A stretch of DNA of 64,000 nt from an uncultured Rhodobacteraceae bacterium (GTDB lineage: Bacteria; Pseudomonadota; Alphaproteobacteria; Rhodobacterales; Rhodobacteraceae), in NCBI GenBank assembly GCA_937864535.1, contig CALMJS010000031.1, positions 23,468-87,467 of the forward strand, given 5' to 3'. Positions 20,352 to 27,751 of the stretch are shown one piece after another. Below the pieces are notes generated by a model. The model worked only from the letters and a program-made list of their open reading frames with translations. It made no database searches and was not told where the DNA came from. Every line of letters begins with the position of its first letter. Position 1 is the first letter of the stretch. A program made the translations under genes and the position numbers.

Positions 20352-22193
20352 TCAAATATCCCGGGGGAGCGCCGCAGGCGCGGGGGCAGCGCCCCCAACC
20401 CGATCACCACTCAGATCGCCGTCAATTTTGCGGGCGTAGCCACGCGGCGTGAACATCCGCGGACCCTCTCCCAACTGCGCCAAGCGGCTATTGGACGACC
20501 CCACCAGAACCACCGTCAGCATATCGACCTCGTCGACCTGCAGATCGACCAACCGCCGATAGCGAACATGCTCCTGCGGCCGCCCGAGGTTCGAGGCCAG
20601 CATCACCGGAGTATCCGCCGGACGATGCTCGAGCAGGATATCACGCGCCTCACTCAGCAGCGTCCGGCGCGTCTTGGACACCGGATTGTAGAACGCAATG
20701 ACAAAGTCACCCTCTGCCGCAGCCCGCAACCGGCGAACGATATCTTCGCGCCGTGTCAGCAAATCTGACAGGGAAATCGTACAGAAATCATGGCCCAGCG
20801 GCGCACCTGCCCGTGCTGCGGCCCCTTGTAGCGCCGACACACCGGGGGAACAGATCACATCGACACGGCGGGCAGCATCCGACACGCCCAATTGCTCTGC
20901 CGTCCGATCCAATAGTTCGAACGTCAAGGCACCCATGGCATAAATCCCGGCATCACCCGAGCAAACCAGCGCGACATTGCGCCCTTCTCCTGCGCGCTCC
21001 AGCGCATATCGGCAACGGTCTTCCTCCCCGCCCAAGGGGAAATCGCTGCGTTCCTTGCCCTGTGCCAGCGGACCCAGCAGGTCAATATACAATCCATAAC
21101 CAACCAGTTCATCGGCCTCTGCGACCAATTTGGACACTTCCGGCGTGCGCCAACTGGCCTGTCCCGGCCCGATCCCGACGATCGACAAACGGCCCCGCGC
21201 CCGTCCGGGCATTTGGGTGATCGGCGCATCTGCCTTGGCAATCGCGCAGGTCGCATTGGCCGTCTTCATCTTCTCGACCACCAGCCGCCCTACGCTTGCC
21301 GCCAGTGCCGCGCCTTCGCTCACCCCATGGCAGCCGACTTCGGCAAAAACCACCTCCGAGGGGTTAGTAACAGCCTGCGCCTCCAACTCGGCTGCAGTAA
21401 ACAATCGCAGCGGAACCCCCAGCCGTTTTGCCAACTGGTTCATCGCCGGCTCGTCGGCCTTGAGGTCAATCGTTGCAACGCAGGCAACCGCACCAGCCGC
21501 AATACCGGCCCGTCCCAAAGCTTCGGAAACAAGCGACCACAGTTCCTCGGGATCGGCATTTCGCGCGCAGCCGACACCCAGAACATAGGACTGCGGATGA
21601 TAGACCAGACGCTTGGGCCCGCCTTCGGAGGGTGCCTCGGTCACGACCAGCTCGACCGCACCACCATTTGCCTCGATCCCAAAGATGTTCGGCCCGTCCA
21701 GCGACACGCCTTCGCCCGCCAACATCGCCGCCATTGCGGACTTGGCATCGTCCGGATTGGCCAAGCGATAGCCCGCCGGCGGTACGTCCAACGCCACGCT
21801 CAGGGCAACATCCCCCGCCGTGGTGATCGCGGCCTTGGCTCCCAGCGCCTGCGCAATCTCCGCCGCCAGCCGGTTGGCCCCACGATGTCCGCCCAGCAGA
21901 GGGATGACCACCGACCCGTCATCGCTCACCGACAACACCGGCGGCTCGGCGCGCTTGTCCGACAACAGCGGTGCGACAGCCCGGATCAAAATCCCAGAGG
22001 CGCAAACGCCGATGACCGGAACTCCTGCGGCAAACATATCCCGCGCATGATCCAAGGCATTCCCAAAGAACGCATCCGCCCGATCGACGCGGCCCTCGCG
22101 ACCATGCACATCGCAGCCAAGAGCATCCGCAATGCGATGCGCAACCGCCTCACCAGAGCGCGACAACGCCATTACAACAGGTTTTACAGCCAC
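20352..22193 (-). CDS. cobJ: Fusion of full-length CbiG-like protein and precorrin-3B C17-methyltransferase CobJ
   Basis: N-terminal ~330 aa are CbiG N/mid/C (GVCASGILIRAVAPLL, PLLGGHRGANRLA, LGVGCARN...ATIDLKADEPA). C-terminal part is GRLSIVGIGPGQ...ALVCSGDAGIYAMG, a CobJ/CbiH methyltransferase. Confidence 0.85.
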   Translation of the reverse strand: MAVKPVVMALSRSGEAVAHRIADALGCDVHGREGRVDRADAFFGNALDHARDMFAAGVPVIGVCASGILIRAVAPLLSDKRAEPPVLSVSDDGSVVIPLLGGHRGANRLAAEIAQALGAKAAITTAGDVALSVALDVPPAGYRLANPDDAKSAMAAMLAGEGVSLDGPNIFGIEANGGAVELVVTEAPSEGGPKRLVYHPQSYVLGVGCARNADPEELWSLVSEALGRAGIAAGAVACVATIDLKADEPAMNQLAKRLGVPLRLFTAAELEAQAVTNPSEVVFAEVGCHGVSEGAALAASVGRLVVEKMKTANATCAIAKADAPITQMPGRARGRLSIVGIGPGQASWRTPEVSKLVAEADELVGYGLYIDLLGPLAQGKERSDFPLGGEEDRCRYALERAGEGRNVALVCSGDAGIYAMGALTFELLDRTAEQLGVSDAARRVDVICSPGVSALQGAAARAGAPLGHDFCTISLSDLLTRREDIVRRLRAAAEGDFVIAFYNPVSKTRRTLLSEARDILLEHRPADTPVMLASNLGRPQEHVRYRRLVDLQVDEVDMLTVVLVGSSNSRLAQLGEGPRMFTPRGYARKIDGDLSGDRVGGAAPAPAALPRDI

Positions 22194-22885
22194 GGATCGG
22201 CTCCTTTGGTCAGAAGTATCATTGAAAAGTAGGGTGCCGACTCCGGCGCCGCGGACAGGGGCAGAACCACCTGGGTCGGCAGCGTCGCGCGTTCGATATA
22301 GGTTGCGTGGTGTAGCAGACCCAAATCTTCAATCACCATACGAATTTTTGCCAAATGGCGGCCGACTTTCATAATTGCCACACTTTCGGCACCTTCGATA
22401 CGCCGCCGCAGCTCCGCCTCGGGCAACGGACCCGGCAATACCGTCAGCCGTTCATTACGGGCCACCAGCGGACGCCCTGCCACCGAGGCACAGGCGGTAA
22501 TCGAGGTCACTCCCGGCACAACTTCGCACTCGAATCGCTCGGACAACCGCGCGTAGAGATACATGAACGACCCATAGAAAAACGGGTCGCCTTCGCACAG
22601 AACAATCACATTCCGACCGCGCTCAAGGGCCGCCGCAATCTTGCCGGCCCCTTCATCATAGGCAGCCTGCGCCGGGGCGCGATCTGTGGTCATCGGCACC
22701 GTCATCACGATTTCGGTGGCGGTGGGCGAAATCAACTCAGCCGCAATCGACCGCGCAAAACTCTCTCCTCCGACCAATGCCGGATAGGCAATCACTTCGG
22801 CCCCGGCGATCAACCGCGCCGCCCGAAGTGTGATCAGGTCGGGCGCGCCCGGCCCAAGCCCCACACCGTACAGGGTCCCGTTCAT
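22184..22885 (-). CDS. cobI: Precorrin-2 C20-methyltransferase
   Basis: MNGTLYGVGLGPGAPDLITLRAARLI..., LCEGDPFFYGSFMY. Confidence 0.9.
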   Translation of the reverse strand: MNGTLYGVGLGPGAPDLITLRAARLIAGAEVIAYPALVGGESFARSIAAELISPTATEIVMTVPMTTDRAPAQAAYDEGAGKIAAALERGRNVIVLCEGDPFFYGSFMYLYARLSERFECEVVPGVTSITACASVAGRPLVARNERLTVLPGPLPEAELRRRIEGAESVAIMKVGRHLAKIRMVIEDLGLLHHATYIERATLPTQVVLPLSAAPESAPYFSMILLTKGADPWL

Positions 22886-22892
22886 GCGCCCG

Positions 22893-22952
22893 CCCTTTCA
22901 TCTTTCCCCAAATACCTCCGCCGGAGGCAGCGGGTTTGGCAAAAACCCGCTT
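22893..22952 (+). repeat. Intergenic repeat copy 2 (fills the cobL-cobI spacer)
   Basis: CTTTCATCTTTCCCCAAATACCTCCGCCGGAGGC, then hairpin agcgggttt-ggca-aaacccgct. Confidence 0.9.
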
Positions 22953-24152
22953 TCATCGTTTGACCAGACTCCATTGCGTCACCGACATCGCGGGACGCCA
23001 ACCCCTCAGCCGCCCGACGGGGGCGGCCCGTTCGACACTGATACGCGTCAGATCACCGCCATGTTTCGCTTGGAGATCGCGCAAACAGGCCTCGCCTTCC
23101 AGCGTCACCGCATTGGCAACGAACCGGCCATAGGGCAGCAGGGCCTGCCAGCAGAAATCGAAAACCGCCTCGGTCAAACCACCGCCGACAAACACCGCAT
23201 CCGGGGCCGGTAGACCCGACAGCGCGTCCGGCGCCCGACCTTCGATCAGCCTCAGTTTCGGGGCGCCGAGGGCCAGAGCATTCTGCGCCGCGAGTGCAAT
23301 GCGATCAGCCCGGGTTTCGATGCCAATTGCCAACGCATCGCGCGCGCCACGCATCCACTCGATCGCGACAGACCCGCTCCCGCAGCCCACGTCCCAGAGC
23401 ATCGCGCCGCGCATCGGCATTAACCGAGCGAGGGTGATCGACCGCACCTCCTGTTTCGTCATCGTCCCGTCAGACACAAAACACCCGTCAGGCAACCCCG
23501 TCAGCGGCAGGATTTGCGCATCTGGTCCGGCGACACAGTCGACGGCCATTGTGTTGAATGCCGGAACCGCTTGGGTCCACGTCTCGGCTACCCCGTCAAA
23601 GCGCGCCTCGGCCGCACTGCCCAAGGATGCAAAGACCGTCATGTTCGACGCCCCATATCCACGGTCAGTTAGCAGCTTGGCGACCTGCCCGGGCGTTTCT
23701 GACCCGGTAGTAAGTAATAGGAGTTTTGCCTGTGGCCGGATGAACGGGATCATCTGCTCGACCGGGCGACCATGGACCGTCAGGGTTTCGAGGTCGGCAA
23801 GGCTCCAACCCATCCGGCAGGCGATGTGTTGAAACGCAGAAAGCTGCGGATGGAACCGGACCTCGGGTGCAGGCAGCGCACGACCGATCCGCGCGCCCAC
23901 GGAATACCAGAGCGGATCGCCGGTAGCCAGGACGACGACACGCTGGCCCCGCAGGGACAACAACTGGTCGATCAAGGCATCAAACGGCGAAGGCCACGAA
24001 ATCCGCTTGGCGGTGACATCAGCGGACAGCGCATGATGGCGATCACCGCCAATGATCACCTCGGCCTGCTGCACGATGGCCCGGGTCGAGGGCAAGAGTC
24101 CGTCCAGACCCTCTTCACCAATTCCAACGATATCAAGCCATTGGACCATCAC
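22953..24152 (-). CDS. cobL: Precorrin-6Y C5,15-methyltransferase (decarboxylating), CbiE+CbiT fusion
   Basis: 399 aa with an N-terminal tetrapyrrole methylase domain and a C-terminal SAM methyltransferase (WDVGCGSGSVAIEW). Confidence 0.88.
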   Translation of the reverse strand: MMVQWLDIVGIGEEGLDGLLPSTRAIVQQAEVIIGGDRHHALSADVTAKRISWPSPFDALIDQLLSLRGQRVVVLATGDPLWYSVGARIGRALPAPEVRFHPQLSAFQHIACRMGWSLADLETLTVHGRPVEQMIPFIRPQAKLLLLTTGSETPGQVAKLLTDRGYGASNMTVFASLGSAAEARFDGVAETWTQAVPAFNTMAVDCVAGPDAQILPLTGLPDGCFVSDGTMTKQEVRSITLARLMPMRGAMLWDVGCGSGSVAIEWMRGARDALAIGIETRADRIALAAQNALALGAPKLRLIEGRAPDALSGLPAPDAVFVGGGLTEAVFDFCWQALLPYGRFVANAVTLEGEACLRDLQAKHGGDLTRISVERAAPVGRLRGWRPAMSVTQWSLVKR

Positions 24153-24784
24153 ATCACCTCTGGCAGACCAGCGGCCAACGCGTTGACCGCAGCAGAGGCC
24201 ATGGCCGATCCACCCTTGCGCCCGCGAAGCGCGACAAAATCCACTCCACGCGGGTTCGCGGCCAGTTCGGCCTTGGATTCAGCGGCACCGACGAAGCCAA
24301 CAGGAAAGCCCAGAATGATCGCCGGTTTGGGAAACCCCTGATCCAGCAGTTCGAGCAAATGGAACAGCGCCGTGGGTGCGTTGCCGATTGCCACAACCGC
24401 TCCGTCGATGTGGTCCTCCCAAAGCCGGACAGCCGCCGCGCTACGCGTATTGCCGATCTCGGCAGCCAAGCCCGGTGTACGCGGGTCATTCAGCGTCACT
24501 TTTATTTCGTTACCATTTGGTAAGTAACGTCGAATAATGCCCGCTCCAACCATTTCGCAGTCACATAGCACAGGCCGCCCCGCCAAGAGCGCCTCTCGTC
24601 CAGCCTGAAAGGCTGTCGGGCTATATGCCAAGCGATCCGCAACCTCGACCATGCCGCAGGCATGGATAAGCCGGGTGATCAACGGCTGAAGATCGACAGG
24701 AAATCGATCCAGACGTGCTTCGCTCCGGACTGTTGCAAAGCTCTCGGCGTAGATCGCCTTGGGGTCTTTTTCATAAGGACGCAT
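24149..24784 (-). CDS. cobH: Precorrin-8X methylmutase
   Basis: 211 aa with RLIHACGMVE..., AIGNAPTALFHLLEL, the CobH/CbiC signature. Confidence 0.9.
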   Translation of the reverse strand: MRPYEKDPKAIYAESFATVRSEARLDRFPVDLQPLITRLIHACGMVEVADRLAYSPTAFQAGREALLAGRPVLCDCEMVGAGIIRRYLPNGNEIKVTLNDPRTPGLAAEIGNTRSAAAVRLWEDHIDGAVVAIGNAPTALFHLLELLDQGFPKPAIILGFPVGFVGAAESKAELAANPRGVDFVALRGRKGGSAMASAAVNALAAGLPEVM

Positions 24785-24799
24785 CGCGGGCCTTTCGTC

Positions 24800-24856
24800 G
24801 GGCTTTGTTCCAAAGCCCGATGCCTCCGGCGGAGGTATTTCGGGAAAGATGAAAGC
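24800..24856 (-). repeat. Intergenic repeat copy 3 (inverted; fills the cbiX-cobH spacer)
   Basis: The reverse complement reads GCTTTCATCTTTCCCGAAATACCTCCGCCGGAGGC, then hairpin tcgggctttg-gaa-caaagcccga. Confidence 0.9.
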
Positions 24857-26020
24857 TCAGGGCTTTTTGGTTTTCAGTGCGCTCTTGGGGCCCAAAGGAT
24901 GGTCGGCGTGCGGATAGGGCGCGTGGTGGTGATGATCGTGATCATGCCCGTGATGATGGTGGTGACCATGGGTATGAGCATGGAAATGGATGTTGCCATC
25001 GCCGTGGTCGTGCCAATCCCCCGAGGGGACATGGCTGGCATGGCCATGCGGCTGGGAATGGGACTGGGCCGTCAAGCGGCAAAGTCCGGTACAGAATGTA
25101 TCGCAGAGCGTGCAATCGGCGACGTTCGATCCCGGCGCGCTGGCACCTTGGCCTTCGACATGGTGGTGATGGCTCTCTTGCGGGGCGCCGACTTCTGCCT
25201 CGAACCCGAGGATCTGGGTGCGATATTTACAGGTCGCACAGTTGGGGGGTGGGACCTCTCCTACCTGTTCTGTGATCCGTTCTGCAAAGGTTTCCAAGAC
25301 CTTGGGATGATCGCCCAGATAGCCAGCCTTAACAAACTGCAGATGGGGGTATTCGGCGGCCACCTGATCGGTGAACCCGTAAATCCGGTCGATCAGGATG
25401 CCCGAGAACAGGAAGTAGGGGAAAACCACGACGCGTTTATACGGTAGACGAGCGACATGCTGCAGGCATGGCTCTACCAGCGGGAAAGTGACGCCGGAAT
25501 AGCCGACCTCGCACCAACCAAATCCCAGCCCCTCCCACAGCATGCGGGCGACCTTGGAGACATTGCCGTTGGCGTCCGGATCAGAAGCGCCGCGTCCGAT
25601 GACGACCAGACAGGTTTCGTGCAGGGGCACCTCGCCGTGATCGGCATTCGCCTGCGCGACCGCCTGCGTGATGCGGTCGGCAGAGGCGGCGATCATTTTC
25701 GGGTCGACACCCAGCTCACGACCGTAGCGCACGTCGATACCGTGTTCCGCCGCGTAGGTATTGAGCACCGTGGGAATGTCATTCTTGGCGTGCATCGCCG
25801 CAAAGAGCATGCCCGGCACAGCCAGGATGCGATCGCAACCCGCGTCGCGCAGAGCATCGAGACCAACGCGGATGACCGGATTTGCAAACTCGAGATAGCC
25901 GTAATCAACCATCCAGTCCGAGGGCAAATAGGCTGGCAGTTTCTCGGCCAGAACCTTGAATTCATCCACTGCCGATTGGCTGCGCGATCCATGTCCGCAG
26001 ATCATTACGCCGGTCTTCAT
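24857..26020 (-). CDS. cbiX: Long-form CbiX-type (class II) chelatase with Cys-rich segment and His-rich tail
   Basis: Two CbiX repeats (MICGHGSRS..., VVIGRGASDPDAN...). Then CATC...CTLCDTFCTGLC and a tail HDHGDGNIHFHAHTHGHHHHHGHDHDHHHH. GGAGG lies 7 nt before the ATG at 26020. Confidence 0.8.
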   Translation of the reverse strand: MKTGVMICGHGSRSQSAVDEFKVLAEKLPAYLPSDWMVDYGYLEFANPVIRVGLDALRDAGCDRILAVPGMLFAAMHAKNDIPTVLNTYAAEHGIDVRYGRELGVDPKMIAASADRITQAVAQANADHGEVPLHETCLVVIGRGASDPDANGNVSKVARMLWEGLGFGWCEVGYSGVTFPLVEPCLQHVARLPYKRVVVFPYFLFSGILIDRIYGFTDQVAAEYPHLQFVKAGYLGDHPKVLETFAERITEQVGEVPPPNCATCKYRTQILGFEAEVGAPQESHHHHVEGQGASAPGSNVADCTLCDTFCTGLCRLTAQSHSQPHGHASHVPSGDWHDHGDGNIHFHAHTHGHHHHHGHDHDHHHHAPYPHADHPLGPKSALKTKKP

Positions 26021-26130
26021 CTCTGGCCTCCGTTTCATCATGGCCAGAGACCCGCAGTATCTGCGGGGGATCGACGACGTGACCCTTGGCCCCCGTTTGG
26101 GTCAACCGCGGCGCCACCACCTCTCTGGCC
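26021..26130 (-). promoter_or_regulatory. Structured 5' leader of the cbiX-cob operon (alternative pairings over RBS/AUG)
   Basis: On the plus strand, tctctggcc occurs at 26020-26028 and again at 26122-26130. Its exact complement ggccagaga lies at 26042-26050. A cccgcag-ata-ctgcggg hairpin lies just after the middle element. Confidence 0.4.
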
Positions 26131-26302
26131 GAATTGGCTTCGTCACGGGCCTGTCTATCCGGACAGCGGCAAAGGGGCAAACGATGAAACGTCGCACAGC
26201 GGGCCAAATGCGACCTGTGCATTGACGCAAGCGGCCTGCGCGACAACGGCGTTGGCGATTTTGGGGGATCGGCCTACGTTTGACCAAACGAAAGGAACGA
26301 AG

Positions 26303-27277
26303 ATGGGCTATTTGCAGGACGGCCAATGGGTCGACCAATGGTATGATACCAAATCGTCAGGCGGCACATTCGTGCGTACCACGGCCGCATTTCGCAACTG
26401 GGTCACCCCGGACGGCGCGGCAGGTCCAAGCGGCGTTGCCGGCTACAAGGCCGAGTCCGGGCGGTATCACCTCTATGTGTCCTATGCCTGCCCTTGGGCC
26501 CATCGCACCCTGATATTTCGTCAGATCAAAGGATTAACCGATCATATCGGCCTGTCAGTCGTACATCCGCATATGCTGTCCGAAGGTTGGACCTTTGGCT
26601 CTGATTTTGACGGGGCAACGGGCGACAGGCTGTTCGGGTTGCCCTATTTGCGCGACATTTACACGCGTGCCGCGCCGGATGTGTCAGGGCGGGTCACCGT
26701 GCCGATCCTGTGGGACACGCGGACAAATACGATCGTCTCCAATGAGAGCAGCGAGATCATTCGCATGTTCAACAGCGCCTTTAGCGACCTGACAGGCAAT
26801 CACGACGACTATTATCCGCAGCACCTGCGTGGGGACATCGATGCGCTGAACGACCGAATCTACGACGTGGTGAACAACGGCGTTTACAAATCCGGGTTTG
26901 CCACCTCCCAAAAGGCCTATGATACCGCGGTCACGGCCCTGTTCGACGGTCTCGACTGGATAGAAGGGATACTGGCGCAGAGCCGCTATTTGACGGGTGA
27001 CCAAGTGACCGAGGCCGATTGGCGGCTCTGGACCACGCTTGTGCGGTTCGATCTGGTGTATCACGGGCATTTCAAATGCAACCGTCGGAAACTGGCCGAA
27101 TACCCGAACCTCTGGGCCTATACGCGCGAATTGTACCAGATGCCGGGCGTGGCCGAGACCACCCATTTCGACCATATCACGCACCACTACCACTATAGCC
27201 ACGATACGATTAACCCGCACCGGATCATTCCGACGGGGCCTATGCTCGACTGGCACGCGCCGCATGGACGCGGATAA
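26303..27277 (+). CDS. Xi-class glutathione transferase (YqjG/ECM4-like glutathionyl-hydroquinone reductase)
   Basis: GRYHLYVSYACPWAHRTLIFRQIKGL carries the CPWA active-site motif. The ATG at 26303 follows AAAGGAA. The upstream part of track ORF 25457..27277 is antisense to cbiX. Confidence 0.85.
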   Translation: MGYLQDGQWVDQWYDTKSSGGTFVRTTAAFRNWVTPDGAAGPSGVAGYKAESGRYHLYVSYACPWAHRTLIFRQIKGLTDHIGLSVVHPHMLSEGWTFGSDFDGATGDRLFGLPYLRDIYTRAAPDVSGRVTVPILWDTRTNTIVSNESSEIIRMFNSAFSDLTGNHDDYYPQHLRGDIDALNDRIYDVVNNGVYKSGFATSQKAYDTAVTALFDGLDWIEGILAQSRYLTGDQVTEADWRLWTTLVRFDLVYHGHFKCNRRKLAEYPNLWAYTRELYQMPGVAETTHFDHITHHYHYSHDTINPHRIIPTGPMLDWHAPHGRG

Positions 27278-27379
27278 CCGACAGGGTGTCGTTTGCAGGA
27301 CGGTGCGGGGCATTTGGTCGCCCTACCCTTGTTTCGCGGCGCAAGATCAGGTTCAAGCGCTGCAACAAGGAAGGGACTC

Positions 27380-27751
27380 ATGACCAGCTGGATCACTATC
27401 TGCGACACGTGCAAAACCGAAGGTTGGAGCGAAAAGGGCACCGAGACCACGGATGGCGCCGCGCTGGCCGCGTTGATCGAGGCCGCCGCCGAGGGGCAGC
27501 CGGTCCACACCCGCCGCGTCTCTTGCACCATGGGCTGCGAAAGAGCCTGCAACATCATCGTGCAGGCCAAGGGCAAAATCGGCTACTCTTTGGGGAAATT
27601 CGAACCGACCGCAGAGGCCGCGCAGGCGATCGTAGACTATGCCGCGATGCATAGCGCCAGCGAGACCGGGCAGGTTCCGTTTCGGCAATGGCCTGTCGGG
27701 GTCAAAGGTCACTTTGTTTCCCGCCAAGTCCCCCTGCCGGAGAGCGACTGA
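27380..27751 (+). CDS. DUF1636-family predicted metal-binding protein (copy 1)
   Basis: MTSWITICDTCK...VSCTMGCERAC has four conserved Cys. Its stop overlaps the cobC ATG (TGATG). Confidence 0.7.
   Translation: MTSWITICDTCKTEGWSEKGTETTDGAALAALIEAAAEGQPVHTRRVSCTMGCERACNIIVQAKGKIGYSLGKFEPTAEAAQAIVDYAAMHSASETGQVPFRQWPVGVKGHFVSRQVPLPESD

Noticed and set aside
24877-25275. ORFs antisense to the His-rich tracts of cbiX (24877-25275, 24662-25447) and cobW (37561-37806, translating as VVMVVMIVVIVMIVVVVM).
   Set aside because: These are artefacts of CAT/CAC/GAC repeats read on the opposite strand. No start context exists, and they overlap well-supported genes entirely.
26130-26300. Possibility that the distal part of the cbiX leader is a canonical cobalamin riboswitch.
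   Set aside because: I could not find the GCCACTG, GGGAAGGC or AGCCAGGAGACC blocks that are obvious in the cbtB riboswitch. Only vague partial resemblances are present. It is kept as an open question under the leader finding rather than called as a feature.
25457-26302. The 5' two-thirds of track ORF 25457..27277 (606 aa), which would extend the GST upstream.
   Set aside because: That part is antisense to cbiX and has no GST-like sequence. The YqjG homology starts at the ATG at 26303, which has its own Shine-Dalgarno.
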